Positions 35,329 to 46,004 are shown, numbered from the stretch's first letter. The stretch: DNA of 64,000 bases from Spirochaetia bacterium (GCA_965203515.1 OZ241907.1:1664001-1728000); one strand, 5' to 3'. The notes: a model not told the origin generated them from the sequence alone. Numbers and translations are program-made.

Positions 35329-37230
35329 TCACCAGTCGCGCTCCACCGGCTCGGTACGGAGCTGTTCCCGGCGGCGCTGCTCCGCGCGCTCTTCTTCCTC
35401 GGCGATGATCGACCGCGCCAGCTCGTCGGGCTCGAGGTCCGGGGCTTCGCCGGCTGCCGGCTGCGGCTGAGCCGGCTGCTGCTCCGGGGGCTCCTCGGCG
35501 CCGCCGGCCTGCTCCGGCGATCGGTCCGCCCCATCGGCGCCCGCCGCGTCCTGCCCGGCGTTCTGCCGCTCCTGCTCCCCCTGCTCGTCCTGCTCCCCCT
35601 GCGGCCCGCCCGTGGATCGCTCGGGCGGGGGAAGCTGTTCCCGAAGCTGCCGCAGGCGCAGCCGCGTGACCTCCAGATTATGCGCGGCGTCTTCCCAGTC
35701 CGGGGCCAGGTCGAGCGCCCGCCGGTAGGACCGCGCCGCCGCGGTCAGACCGGCGATCGCCGCCTGGGGATCGGCCGGCGCGCCGCCGGCCGCCGCCATC
35801 GCCTGCTCGACCGCGCGCACGCCCGCGTTCCCCAATGCGAAGTGGCCGGCCGCCGCCAGCTCCGGGCGGCCCGCCTCCTCGACCGCCTGTTGCAGCAGGT
35901 CCGCGGCGCCCTCCAGGTTACCGGCGCGATAGGCGGAGATACCGCCGTCGTAGCGCAGCTCGGCTACCTCCGGACGGGCTTCCGCGGCGGCGCCGAAGGC
36001 GGCGGCGGCGTCCCGGAAGCGGCCGTCCGCGTACGCCCGCCGCCCGTCGCGCTCGGCCCGCTCCGGGACGCCGGCCGCCCGCACCGGCGGCGGCGCCGCG
36101 AGCGCCGCCGCGGCAGCCAGCAGCGCGGTCGCCGCGGCCAACGCGCGCGAGCGGCCCGATCGCCCCCCTGACCGCGGTCCCTGCCGGCGGCCCTCCTGCC
36201 GGTGACCCGTTCGCCGGCGAACGGGCCGGATCAGGTCGGGGAGCAGGAACTCCAGCGCCAGCAGCGCCAGCGCCGCGGCCAGGAACGGCTGGAAGCGCTC
36301 CTGAAATACCTCGCGCTCGGTGCTTTCCAGCAGCCGCCGGTCGGCGCTGGCGATGAGCTGGACGTACAGGGCTCCCAGATCGAAGGTGCCGGTCGCCACG
36401 TTCACGTAGCGCCCGCCCGGAGTCACGCCGGCCAGCTCACGCAACGCCTGGCCGTCCAGGGTGGTGAGCACCGGCCGGCCTTCGTACTGCAGGTAACCCT
36501 CGTCGGAGCCGGCGTCCGGGATCGGCTGTCCGGTGATCTCGTCGCCCAACCCGACGGCGATGATTCGCGCGCCCAGCGCCCCCAGCTCGCCGGCCGCCTG
36601 CAGCGGCAGGCTCCCCTGGTCGCCGCCGTCGGTAATCAGCACGACGTCCCGGAACGGGCCGACCTGCTCGTCGAAGACCGAATCGCGCACCACGCGCAGG
36701 GCGTCGCCGATCAGCGTGCCGCCGCGCGACACGCTGTCGGTCGATAACCGCTCCACCGCCAACCTCACGAAACCGTAGTCGAAGGTGAGCGGGCTCTTCA
36801 CCACCGCCGTACCGGCAAAGGCGACCAGCGCTACGCGGTCGCCTCTCAGCACCTCCAGGGTGTCCAGGATCGCCAGCCTGGCCCGCTCCAGGCGGTTCGG
36901 CGCCAAGTCCTGCGCCAGCATGCTGCGCGAGACGTCGACCACGAACACCACGTCGCGGCCGCGCCGCTCGACCGTTCGCGTCTCCGGGGTCCAGCCGGGC
37001 CGCGCCAGCGCGACCACGATCAGGACCACCGCGGCCACCAGCAGGCCGCCCTTGAGCGGGCGCGCGTTGCGGCGCCCGGCGCGAAGCTGCGGTCGGTCGC
37101 CGGCGAACCGGAGCAGCGCGCGGCGCCGGCGCAGGGAAGCGTGGATGAGCAGGGCGACCAGCGGGGGTATCGCCCAGAGCAGCAGGAACGCGTCCGGGGA
37201 GGTGAGCCGTACGCCGCCGGTCAGCTCCAT
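35329..37230 (-). CDS. BatB/BatC-like VWA + TPR fusion
   Basis: MIDAS DVSRSMLAQD, PNRLERA, ITDG; TPRs, Gln/Glu-rich tail ending VERDW. Confidence 0.85.
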   Translation of the reverse strand: MELTGGVRLTSPDAFLLLWAIPPLVALLIHASLRRRRALLRFAGDRPQLRAGRRNARPLKGGLLVAAVVLIVVALARPGWTPETRTVERRGRDVVFVVDVSRSMLAQDLAPNRLERARLAILDTLEVLRGDRVALVAFAGTAVVKSPLTFDYGFVRLAVERLSTDSVSRGGTLIGDALRVVRDSVFDEQVGPFRDVVLITDGGDQGSLPLQAAGELGALGARIIAVGLGDEITGQPIPDAGSDEGYLQYEGRPVLTTLDGQALRELAGVTPGGRYVNVATGTFDLGALYVQLIASADRRLLESTEREVFQERFQPFLAAALALLALEFLLPDLIRPVRRRTGHRQEGRRQGPRSGGRSGRSRALAAATALLAAAAALAAPPPVRAAGVPERAERDGRRAYADGRFRDAAAAFGAAAEARPEVAELRYDGGISAYRAGNLEGAADLLQQAVEEAGRPELAAAGHFALGNAGVRAVEQAMAAAGGAPADPQAAIAGLTAAARSYRRALDLAPDWEDAAHNLEVTRLRLRQLREQLPPPERSTGGPQGEQDEQGEQERQNAGQDAAGADGADRSPEQAGGAEEPPEQQPAQPQPAAGEAPDLEPDELARSIIAEEEERAEQRRREQLRTEPVERDW

Positions 37231-37234
37231 CGCC

Positions 37235-38275
37235 TTACGGAGTCCTCCGGAACACGGTGGCGGTGAGCGCCGCGGCCGCCGCCGCCGCACCGAGCGCGCC
37301 CAGCGCCCACGGCGCGAACCGTTCGCGGAAGTCGACGTACCGGACCGACTCCACCTCGCTCGTCTCCAGGCGGTCGATCTCACGGTAGATCGCCGCCAGC
37401 GACTCGGCGTCATCCGCCATGCGGAACAGCCCGCCGGTACGTTCCGCCAGCGCCTGCAGCGCGGCGGCGTCGACCGGTTGGCCGGCCGGCAGGCGGAAGG
37501 TGCCGAGCGGGGTGCGCACGGTCTGTTCGGGAGCGCCCACGCCGATGCCGATCGCGTACACCTTGATGCCCCAGCCCGCCGCCAGCTCCCCGGCCTGCGC
37601 CGGGGTGCGCGCGCCGGCGTTGTGGCTGCCGTCGGTGAGCAGGATGATCACCTTGCTCTTGATCTCGTAGTCGTCGCGGGAGCCGAGCGCCTCTTCGGCG
37701 ACGCGCAGGCGGGCGGCCGCCAGCGCCAGCGCGTCGCCGATCGCGGTTCCGTCCTCACTGCGCTCGGTCACGACCTCCACGCCGCTCAGGAATCGGTCCA
37801 GGGTCCGGTGCGACAGCGTCAGCGGCAGCACCGTTTCCGGGTAGCGGGCAAAGGTGACGAGCCCCACCAGGTCGTTCGGCCGGCCGTCCAGCCCTGCCTC
37901 GTCGCCGTGCACGAAGCGGGCGACCACCTGCTTGACGGCGTCCAGGCGCGTCGGCCCGCGGTCGCCGATCGGCGCCACCATGCTGCCCGAGCGATCGACC
38001 ACGATCTCGATGGCGATGCCGCGGCTGACGTCCACGACCTGCTCCAGGCCTTCGCGGGGCCGCGCCAGCGCCACGACCAGCAAGGCCAGGGCCAGCAGCT
38101 TGAGCGCCGCCGGCAGCCACTCCAGCCGGTGGCGCAGCGACGGCCGGATGCCGCTCGGCACCGCCACCGACGGGAAGCCCACGCCGATGCGGGCGCGCGC
38201 CGCCCAGGCGCGCACCGCCGGCAGCATCGCCACCACCCCCAGCAACGCCAGCGCCCACGTCGTCTCGAACCTCAC
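37235..38275 (-). CDS. BatA-like VWA domain protein
   Basis: ALARP, DRSGSM, GTAIGDAL, ILLTDG, IKVYAIGIG. Confidence 0.88.
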   Translation of the reverse strand: MRFETTWALALLGVVAMLPAVRAWAARARIGVGFPSVAVPSGIRPSLRHRLEWLPAALKLLALALLVVALARPREGLEQVVDVSRGIAIEIVVDRSGSMVAPIGDRGPTRLDAVKQVVARFVHGDEAGLDGRPNDLVGLVTFARYPETVLPLTLSHRTLDRFLSGVEVVTERSEDGTAIGDALALAAARLRVAEEALGSRDDYEIKSKVIILLTDGSHNAGARTPAQAGELAAGWGIKVYAIGIGVGAPEQTVRTPLGTFRLPAGQPVDAAALQALAERTGGLFRMADDAESLAAIYREIDRLETSEVESVRYVDFRERFAPWALGALGAAAAAAALTATVFRRTP

Positions 38276-39297
38276 CGCGCTGTCCCTGCGGCGCCGGCGC
38301 CGGGCGCTTCGACGGAGGCCGCGTTCGCGGCCGCCGCCTCCGCGGTCGCGTGCACGAAGCCGCGGGCGGTAGCAGTGACGCGAGTGGTCTCGGCCGCCGA
38401 GGGCCGCGCCCGCGCGAACTTCACCGCGTCGCAGGCGGCCAGGAACGCCCGCAGCGTCCGCTGCCGTTCCCGGTCGAAGGTCGCCCCCGCCTCGGCGGCC
38501 GCCAGGAACTCCTCGGTCGTCTGTTCCGGGGCGCGCAGGCCGAACCGCGCCTCCACGTACCGGCGCAGAATCGACGAGACCGCCACGTAGAACCGATCCA
38601 GGTCGGCCCGGAGCGCGTCGTCGCGCTCCAGGCCGTCCAGCGCGCGCAGCGCGATCACGGCGGGCGGCTCGGCGGGCGCCGGCCGGCGCGCGGCGGCGCG
38701 CCGCCGCCGGCGAACCGCCGCCGCCACCGCCGCGGCAACCCCCAGCGCGGCGACGCCGGCCAGCACCGGCCGCCACCAGCGCAGCGGCGCCGGGATCGGA
38801 GCGCCGACCTCGCGCAGCTCCGGGACCGCCTCCGCGCCGTCCGGCGCCGCCTCTCCGGCGGCCCGGTCGTCGGCGCCCAGCACCGAACTCACCTGCACCG
38901 TCAGCGCTTCGGTCGACAGCGTCGCCGCCTCCTGCCCCGGCGCCGTCCAACCGACCGCCAGCTCGGGCAGCGGGTAGTCCCCGGCCAGGAACGGCTCGAG
39001 CCGGTAGCCGCGCGCGTGCCGCGTTCGCCCGTCGCCGGTGAGGGTCGGCGGCTCCGTACGGATCTGCACGTCGAACCCGCTGCCGGTGAACTGTTCGGCG
39101 CCCGGCAGCCGCACCGCCACCCCTTCGGGCGCGTCGACCTCGACTTCGACCCGGACGACCTGCGCCGTGGTGATCCGCAACCGGTCGACGCGCAGGCGCA
39201 CGGCCACCGGATCGCCGGCATAGGCGTGATCGACATCCCAGGCCGCGGCGCCGCCGTCGGGCGACCGCACCGCCGCGCAGCCGGCGACCAGCGCCAC
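38272..39297 (-). CDS. Bat-operon membrane protein
   Basis: One TM segment, then ILRRYVEARF, APEQTTEEFL, DAVKFA; start uncertain. Confidence 0.75.
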   Translation of the reverse strand: MALVAGCAAVRSPDGGAAAWDVDHAYAGDPVAVRLRVDRLRITTAQVVRVEVEVDAPEGVAVRLPGAEQFTGSGFDVQIRTEPPTLTGDGRTRHARGYRLEPFLAGDYPLPELAVGWTAPGQEAATLSTEALTVQVSSVLGADDRAAGEAAPDGAEAVPELREVGAPIPAPLRWWRPVLAGVAALGVAAAVAAAVRRRRRAAARRPAPAEPPAVIALRALDGLERDDALRADLDRFYVAVSSILRRYVEARFGLRAPEQTTEEFLAAAEAGATFDRERQRTLRAFLAACDAVKFARARPSAAETTRVTATARGFVHATAEAAAANAASVEAPGAGAAGTAR

Positions 39298-39338
39298 CGC
39301 GGCGACCGCGGCGCCGCCGACCGCCGCGGACCGCCCTC

Positions 39339-40265
39339 TCAGGCCCAGGCTGCCCTCCTCTCCCGCATCCGAAAGAAGCTCACCAGCCGATCGACCCAGC
39401 CGGCGTCGGTACGGATCGGGATTTCGTCGATGCCGAGCTCGCGGAGCTGACGGGTGAGCGCCGCTCGCCGCTCGCTCGCCCGGCGCTCGTAATCGCGCCG
39501 CACGCGGCGGCTGCCGGTATCGAGCAGCGTGAGCCGCCCGGACTCGGCGTCCTCCAACTCGATCATGCCGGCCGCCGGCAGCTCCGCTTCACGCGGATCG
39601 AAGATCGACGCCGCGATGAGGTCGTGGCGGCGGGCGGCCATGCGCAGATCGGTCGTGACGGCGATCGGCGCGCCGGCGGCCGGCGCGGAGAGGGCAGCCG
39701 GCTCGCTCGCCAGAAAGTCGGAGATGAGAAACACGATAGCCCGCCGGCGCAGCACCAGATTGAGGTAGTGCATCGCGCCGGCCAGATCGGTTCCGGCGCC
39801 CGCCGGCCGGATCGAGAGTATCTCGCGCACGATACGGAGCACGTGCGTGATGCCCTTCTTGGCCGGCACGAACAGCTCGATGCGATCGCTGAACGCCAGC
39901 AGCCCGACGCGGTCGTTCTGGCGCGCGGCGGCGAAGGAGACCAGCGCCGCAAGCTCGGCCGCCACCTCGGTCTTGGCCTTGCCGGCGGAGCCGAAGCGGC
40001 CGGAGGCGGAGACGTCGACCATGAAGAATACGGTCAGCTCGCGCTCCTCCACGAAGCGCTTCACGTGCGGCCGGCCGGTGCGGGCGGTGACGTTCCAGTC
40101 GATGCTGCCGACGTCGTCGCCGGGCTGGTACTCGCGCACCTCGTCGAACTCCATCCCCTGCCCGCGGAACACGCTGCGGTACTCGCCCGCGAAGGCGGTG
40201 GTCACCGCGCGGCGCGTGCGGAGCTGGATGTAGCGTATCGTGCGGATCAATTCCGGCGAGATCAC
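39339..40265 (-). CDS. DUF58 domain protein
   Basis: GMEFDEVREYQPGDD, IDWNVTAR, DVSAS, LISDF. Confidence 0.93.
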   Translation of the reverse strand: MISPELIRTIRYIQLRTRRAVTTAFAGEYRSVFRGQGMEFDEVREYQPGDDVGSIDWNVTARTGRPHVKRFVEERELTVFFMVDVSASGRFGSAGKAKTEVAAELAALVSFAAARQNDRVGLLAFSDRIELFVPAKKGITHVLRIVREILSIRPAGAGTDLAGAMHYLNLVLRRRAIVFLISDFLASEPAALSAPAAGAPIAVTTDLRMAARRHDLIAASIFDPREAELPAAGMIELEDAESGRLTLLDTGSRRVRRDYERRASERRAALTRQLRELGIDEIPIRTDAGWVDRLVSFFRMRERRAAWA

Positions 40266-41242
40266 GGTACCGGCAGCGATTCGAGGATGATGGCGATCAG
40301 GTCGTCGGAGGTGCGCTCCTCGGCCTCCGCTTCGTACGTGACGATCACCCGATGGCGCAACACGTCCGGCGCCATGCTCTTGACGTCCTGCGGCGTCACG
40401 AAGCCGCGGCCCTGCAGCAGCGCGTGGGCGCGCGCGGCAAGCGTCAGGTAGATGGTGGCGCGCGGCGAGGCGCCGTACTCGATCAGGTTGCCGACGTCGA
40501 GGCCGAACGCGGCCGGCTCTCGCGTCGAGCGCACCAGGTCGACGATATATTCCTCCACCTTCTCGTCGAGGTAGATGCGATTGGCCAGCGCGCGCAGCCG
40601 CGCGAAGTCGGCCGGCTGCACGATCCCGTCGACCGGCGCCGGCTGATCGGTACGCGCCGCGCGCAGGATGGCCAGCTCTTCGTCGCGGTCGGGATAGCCC
40701 ACGACCACCTTCAGCATGAAGCGATCGACCTGCGCCTCCGGCAGCGGGTAGGTCCCCTCCTGCTCGATCGGGTTCTGGGTGGCCAGCACCATGAACGGGT
40801 CATCGAGCGGGTGCGTCTCGTCGCCGATCGACACCTGACGTTCCTGCATCGCCTCCAGCAGCGCGCTCTGCACCTTGGCGGGGGCGCGGTTGATCTCGTC
40901 GGCCAGCACGATGTTGGCAAAGATCGGCCCCTTCCTGGTGGTGAACGCTCCGCTTGCCGGGTTGTAGACCAGGGTGCCGATCAGGTCGGCCGGCAGCAGG
41001 TCGGGGGTGAACTGGATGCGATGGAAGCCGGCCCGGATCGCCTGCGCCAGCGTGGTGACCGCCAGCGTCTTGGCCAGGCCGGGGACGCCCTCGATCAGCA
41101 GATGGGCGTTGGAGATCAAGCCGATCAGCAGCCGGTCGAGCAGGCGGTCCTGGCCGATGATCCGCTTGCGGAGTTCGCGCCGCACCTGCGCGAGCGTGCC
41201 GCCCTCGCGCTCGACCTGCGCCGTTATCTCGCGTATGTCCAC
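40262..41242 (-). CDS. MoxR family AAA+ ATPase
   Basis: EGVPGLAKT, RIQFTPDLLPAD, LADEINRAPAKVQSALLEAMQE, ATQNPIEQEGTYPLPEAQ. Confidence 0.96.
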   Translation of the reverse strand: MDIREITAQVEREGGTLAQVRRELRKRIIGQDRLLDRLLIGLISNAHLLIEGVPGLAKTLAVTTLAQAIRAGFHRIQFTPDLLPADLIGTLVYNPASGAFTTRKGPIFANIVLADEINRAPAKVQSALLEAMQERQVSIGDETHPLDDPFMVLATQNPIEQEGTYPLPEAQVDRFMLKVVVGYPDRDEELAILRAARTDQPAPVDGIVQPADFARLRALANRIYLDEKVEEYIVDLVRSTREPAAFGLDVGNLIEYGASPRATIYLTLAARAHALLQGRGFVTPQDVKSMAPDVLRHRVIVTYEAEAEERTSDDLIAIILESLPVP

Positions 41243-41324
41243 GTCAGGTAAACACCGACCCGAAGCGCCGGGTTACCGCGCCGCGGGCGCCCGGCGGCGC
41301 CATCGCCGGCGCGGCCGTCGACGC

Positions 41325-42071
41325 TCAGCCCGTTCGCCCTCCCGCGACCCGCACGACCTCGCCGGTGATGTACCCGGAGACCAGCAGCCCGAAGATGGCG
41401 TCGGCCACGTCCTGCGGCTGCGCAGCGCGGCCCATGGGGATCTGGCCGGAGATCGCCTCGATCGTCTCCGCACTGAAGTCTTCGATCCAGCGGGTCTCCA
41501 CCAGCCCCGGGGCGACCGCGTTCACCTGGATGTCCGGCGCTTGACTGGCCGCCAGGCCGCGCGTCAGCGCGATCGCCGCGGCCTTGCTGGAGCCGTAGAC
41601 CAGCGAGCTGCCCTGCCCCGTGAAGCCGGCCAGCGAGGTGACCGTGACGATGTGGCCGCCGCCGGACCGGCGCATGTGCGGGATCGCCGCGCGGCAGCAC
41701 CAGAACACGCCGCTCACGTTGACGGCGTAGAGCCGCCGGAAGTCCCCCGGCATGATGTCGTCCAGGTCGGCCAGCGGCACCGGCCGCGTCGTGCCGGCGT
41801 TGTTGACCAGAAAGTCGAGCCGGCCAAGCTCGCCGGCCACCGCGTCGACCATCCTGGTCACGGCGGCGTCGTCGGACACGTCCGCCCGACACGCCATGGC
41901 CCGTACGCCGTGCGCCTCGGCGTCGGCGACCGTCCGCTCCGCATCCTCCCGCGAGCGCGAGTAGTTGACCGCGACCGCCGCGCCCTCGGCGGCGAGCATC
42001 AGCGAAGTCGCCCGGCCGATGCCGGTGCCTCCGCCGGTGACCAGCGCCACCTTTCCCTCGAATCGTCCCAT
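41325..42071 (-). CDS. SDR family oxidoreductase
   Basis: TGGGTGIG, NNAG, YGSSK, VNAVAPG. Confidence 0.93.
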   Translation of the reverse strand: MGRFEGKVALVTGGGTGIGRATSLMLAAEGAAVAVNYSRSREDAERTVADAEAHGVRAMACRADVSDDAAVTRMVDAVAGELGRLDFLVNNAGTTRPVPLADLDDIMPGDFRRLYAVNVSGVFWCCRAAIPHMRRSGGGHIVTVTSLAGFTGQGSSLVYGSSKAAAIALTRGLAASQAPDIQVNAVAPGLVETRWIEDFSAETIEAISGQIPMGRAAQPQDVADAIFGLLVSGYITGEVVRVAGGRTG

Positions 42072-42133
42072 GCTGCCTCCCGCCTGCAGGATACGACATG
42101 ACGGCGGCGCGGGGTATCGCGTACCGTGCGCCC

Positions 42134-42592
42134 ATGACCGACCTGCGCGTCCGCGAGCTGAGGGCGGACGACCTGCGCAACGGGTTCCCGGAGACGCTGG
42201 ACGCCCTCCGGCCCACCAGCGGCATCGACCCCGCAGCGGCCGCCGCCGTCTTCGAGCGCCTGCAGCGCAGCCCGGACACGGTCGTGGCGGTCGCCGAGCG
42301 GGACGGCCGCATCGTCGGCACCGGCACGCTCTACCTCCTGCGCAAGTTCCTGTACGGCGGCAGCACCGCCGGTCACGTCGAGGACGTCGCGGTCGCCGCC
42401 GGCCGGCAGCGCTCGGGAGTCGGGAGTGCGGTGATCCGCTACCTGCTGGATCGCGCGCAGCAGGCCGGCTGCTACAAGACCGTGCTGTATTGCGACGACG
42501 AGGTCATGGCGTTCTACCGCAAGCTCGGCTTCCGGCGCACCACCAACGGCATGCGCTTCGACCACCACGCGCCGGCCGGAGCCGCCCAGTAG
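42134..42592 (+). CDS. GNAT acetyltransferase (glucosamine-6-phosphate acetyltransferase-like)
   Basis: KFL..GHVEDVAV, QRSGVG, GCYKTVL.C, FYRKLGF. Confidence 0.85.
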   Translation: MTDLRVRELRADDLRNGFPETLDALRPTSGIDPAAAAAVFERLQRSPDTVVAVAERDGRIVGTGTLYLLRKFLYGGSTAGHVEDVAVAAGRQRSGVGSAVIRYLLDRAQQAGCYKTVLYCDDEVMAFYRKLGFRRTTNGMRFDHHAPAGAAQ

Positions 42593-42644
42593 GTCGGGCG
42601 TCCGGCCCGGGCCTTGCGGCAGGCGCCCGGCTGCGTCTGATACA

Positions 42645-43724
42645 GTGTCGGCCATGCAGGGGCGCCAGGCTTTGTCTCCCGCGACGTTCATCGGCGTGCG
42701 CGGCGGCGACATCATCTCGTTTGGGTCCGGTCAACCGGACCTGCCGCCGCCGCCCGAGGCGTATCGGGTGCTCGGCGATTACCGGGAGTTCAAGTACGGG
42801 CTCATCCAGGGCATGGCCGAGTTGCGCGCGGCGCTTGCGGACCGCTATCCGCACGCGACCGCGGACAGCTTCGTCATCACCAACGGCGCGAGCGAGGCGC
42901 TGGATCTGGCGCTGCGTCTGATCGGCCGTACCTGCGCCGCCGGCCGGCGGCGCGTGCTGATGGCCCGGCCGTACTACTACTCGTATCCGCCCATGGTGGA
43001 GTACGCCGGGCTGGAGCCGGTCTATACCGACACCGTCGACGGCCGCATCGATCCGGACGACTTCGCCGCCAAGGTGGCCGACTGCGCGGCGGTGATCGTC
43101 AACTCGCCGGCCAACCCCACCGGCCGGGTGCAGCCCGTGGAGACCCTGCAGCGGATCGAGGAAGTGACGCGGGACCTCGGCGTCTACCTGCTGGCGGACG
43201 CGGTGTACAAGGACCTGATCTACGTGAGCGAGACCCATACCCTCGCCGGGCCGCACGTCATCACCATCGACTCGTTCTCCAAGACCTACGCGATGTGCGG
43301 CCACCGCATCGGCTACCTGTGGTCGGAGGACGCGCGCTTCGTGCAGGGCATCATCGACATGAAGACGCATACCTCCATGAACACCGGCATCCTGGGCCAG
43401 CGGATGGCGCTGGCCGCCCTGGACGCCCCGGCGTCGTACATCGACGACCAGCTCGTCATCTGGCGCGAGCGGCGCGACCTGATCTACGCGGGGCTGTCGG
43501 ACCTGGGCCTCGATCTGTGGAGACCGGAAGGCGCCTTCTACGTGTTGCCCAAGGTGGAGGACCCGTACCGGTTCGTCAGCGACCTGTTCGAACGCCACCA
43601 CGTGATCACCTATCTGGGCGAATGGTTCGGCGCCCCCGACCGCGTGCGCCTGTCGTACGCCCTCGACGCGGACAAGATCGAGGAGGGACTGGAGCGGATC
43701 GGCGCCTGTCTTGCCCGGCGGTGA
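42645..43724 (+). CDS. PLP-dependent aminotransferase class I/II
   Basis: GQPD, TNGASEAL, NSPANPTG, DAVY, SFSKTYAMCGHRIG, VRLSYA. Confidence 0.92.
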   Translation: MSAMQGRQALSPATFIGVRGGDIISFGSGQPDLPPPPEAYRVLGDYREFKYGLIQGMAELRAALADRYPHATADSFVITNGASEALDLALRLIGRTCAAGRRRVLMARPYYYSYPPMVEYAGLEPVYTDTVDGRIDPDDFAAKVADCAAVIVNSPANPTGRVQPVETLQRIEEVTRDLGVYLLADAVYKDLIYVSETHTLAGPHVITIDSFSKTYAMCGHRIGYLWSEDARFVQGIIDMKTHTSMNTGILGQRMALAALDAPASYIDDQLVIWRERRDLIYAGLSDLGLDLWRPEGAFYVLPKVEDPYRFVSDLFERHHVITYLGEWFGAPDRVRLSYALDADKIEEGLERIGACLARR

Positions 43725-44767
43725 GCTCGCCGCCTCTGCGTCTGGCGGTGATCGGCGCCGGCGTGATGGGCTGCTGCCACGTCGAACGGATACGGGAGAG
43801 CGGCGCCTGCTCCCTGGCCGCGGTCTGCGATCCGGACCTGCCCCGCGCCCGTCGCGCCGCCGGCGGCGCATGCCCGGTCCACGCCGAGCTGCCCGAGCTG
43901 CTGCGGCGTGAGCGGATCGACGGGGCGATCGTCGCCGCGCCGACCGCCCGGCACCACGAGTGCGGCGTGCTCTGCGCCGAGTCCGGGGTGCCGGTGCTGG
44001 TGGAGAAGCCGATCGCCGCGACCGCCGCGGACGGACGCGCGCTGGTCGAGGCGGCCGCCAGCCGGGGCGTACCGCTGCTGGTCGGCCAGCACCGCCGCCA
44101 CAGCGCCTACGTGCGGCGCGCCAGGGAGGTGATCGAGCGCGGCGAGATCGGCCGCCTGGTGAGCTTCACGGCGCTCTGGTTCGTGCGCAAGCCGGACGAC
44201 TACTACGCGGTCGGCTGGCGGACGCGCCCCGGCGGCGGGCCGATCCTGACCAACCTGATCCACGAGATCGACCTGATGCGCCATCTCGGCGGCGAGATCG
44301 AGAGCGTCTACGCCGCGGCCGGCTCGCCGGCCCGCGGCCTGCCGGTGGAGGACACGGTGGCGGTCACGCTGCGCCTGCGCAGCGGCGCGCTCGGCTCGAT
44401 CGCCGCCTCGGACGCCGCGGTATCGCCGTGGTCGTACGAGCTGACGACCCATGAGAACCCGCTCTACACCCGCACCGATCAGAACTGCTACTTCCTGCTC
44501 GGTACGGCCGGCTCCCTGGCGTTCCCGCGGCTCACCCGCTGGCGCCACCCCGGCGCGGCCGGCTGGCAGCATCCGCTTTCCCGCACGGAGCTGCCGGTCG
44601 ACCCGGTCGACCCGATCGCCGCTCAGCTCGCGCACTTCTGCCGGGTGATCCGCGGTCAGGAGGCGCCGCTCGTGCCGGGAGCGGACGGCCTGGCCACCCT
44701 GGCCGCCGCCGAAGCGGCGCTGCGGTCAGCCCGCGAAGGCCGGCCGATCACGCTGGGCGCCGGTTGA
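43721..44767 (+). CDS. Gfo/Idh/MocA oxidoreductase
   Basis: VIGAGVMG, VEKP, GGGPILTNLIHEID. Confidence 0.92.
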   Translation: MSSPPLRLAVIGAGVMGCCHVERIRESGACSLAAVCDPDLPRARRAAGGACPVHAELPELLRRERIDGAIVAAPTARHHECGVLCAESGVPVLVEKPIAATAADGRALVEAAASRGVPLLVGQHRRHSAYVRRAREVIERGEIGRLVSFTALWFVRKPDDYYAVGWRTRPGGGPILTNLIHEIDLMRHLGGEIESVYAAAGSPARGLPVEDTVAVTLRLRSGALGSIAASDAAVSPWSYELTTHENPLYTRTDQNCYFLLGTAGSLAFPRLTRWRHPGAAGWQHPLSRTELPVDPVDPIAAQLAHFCRVIRGQEAPLVPGADGLATLAAAEAALRSAREGRPITLGAG

Positions 44768-45151
44768 TCACTGCGGAGCGGCGCCGCGGCAGCCATGGCA
44801 GAGACCGTACAGGGTGATTTCGTGCCCCTCGGTGACGAAGCCGGCCGGCGCCAGAGCGTCGACGCCGCGCAGGCAGCCGCTCACCTCCCACAACGCGTTG
44901 CAGATGCGGCACAGGAAGTGGTGATGGTGCGGTTTGCCGGCGCGCTCGTAGCGGGCCGGAGCGCCGGGAATCTCGACGGTCCGCAGCCAGCCGGCCGCCA
45001 CCAGATCGCGGATGGCGCGGTAGACCGTGGCGATGCCAAGACCGGGCAGATGCCGCCGCGCCGCTTCGCAGAGTTCCGCGGGGCTCAGCGGCCGGTCGCA
45101 CGACTCGACCGCCGCGCGGATCGCGTCACGTTGCCGGGTCTGCCGTTCCAT
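44768..45151 (-). CDS. Fur family regulator (probably Zur)
   Basis: TRQR, GIATVYR, HHHHFLCRIC, GLCHGC; last gene of a metal ABC operon. Confidence 0.9.
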   Translation of the reverse strand: MERQTRQRDAIRAAVESCDRPLSPAELCEAARRHLPGLGIATVYRAIRDLVAAGWLRTVEIPGAPARYERAGKPHHHHFLCRICNALWEVSGCLRGVDALAPAGFVTEGHEITLYGLCHGCRGAAPQ

Positions 45152-46004
45152 GGCGCTCCTCGCCCTCGCCGGGCACGGCCCGCAGCGTGCGCGCCAGGGC
45201 CGAGATGATCAGAAAGATGACGACGCATACCAGGGCGACCGCCGCGCCCGATGCTACGTTCAGATAGTACGAGAGGTACAGACCGACCACGCCGGAGACG
45301 ATGCCGATCGCCGCCGCGGTCAGGACGGCGTGGTGGAAGCGGCGCACGACCTGCAGCGCCGCGGCGGCCGGCGCCACCATCAGCGTCACCACCAGAGCGA
45401 TGCCGATCGTCTGCAGCGCCACCGCGATCGCCAGCGCCATGAGCACGTACTGCAACGCGGTGAGCCACCTGCTGTCGATGCGCAATGACGCGGCGAACAC
45501 CCGGTCGAAGGTGACCAGCACCAGCTCCTTGTAGAACAGGGCGACGACGACCGCTATCAACCCCGCTACCGCTCCGATGCGGATCAGGTCGGCGCCGCTC
45601 ACGCTCAGCACGTTGCCGAACAGGAAGTGCACCAGATCGACGGCGAAGCTGCGCACGGTGGAGATGATCACGATGCCCAGGGCGAACATCCCCGAATAGA
45701 CCACGCCGACCGCGGCGTCCTCGCCGATGCGGGATCGGCGGACCAGGACGGACATGCCCAGAGCGGCCAGGACGGCGGTACCGGTCGCCCACCAGAACAA
45801 CCGGTCTCGGGACAGGTCGCCCGCCAGGTAGCCCACCGCCACCCCCGGCACCAGCGAATGGGCCAGCGCGCTGCCGATGTAGGACATGCCGCGCAGCACG
45901 GCGAAGGTGCCGACCAGGGCGCACGCCGCCGCCGCCATGGTCACCGCCAGCATCGCCCGGACCAGGAACGGATAGCCGAGCGGAGCGATCAGCAGGTCGA
46001 TCAC
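45126..46004 (-). CDS. Zn/Mn ABC transporter permease
   Basis: ALAHSLVPG, EDAAVG, FLFGNVL, TFDRVFA. Confidence 0.92.
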   Translation of the reverse strand: MIDLLIAPLGYPFLVRAMLAVTMAAAACALVGTFAVLRGMSYIGSALAHSLVPGVAVGYLAGDLSRDRLFWWATGTAVLAALGMSVLVRRSRIGEDAAVGVVYSGMFALGIVIISTVRSFAVDLVHFLFGNVLSVSGADLIRIGAVAGLIAVVVALFYKELVLVTFDRVFAASLRIDSRWLTALQYVLMALAIAVALQTIGIALVVTLMVAPAAAALQVVRRFHHAVLTAAAIGIVSGVVGLYLSYYLNVASGAAVALVCVVIFLIISALARTLRAVPGEGEERHGTADPAT

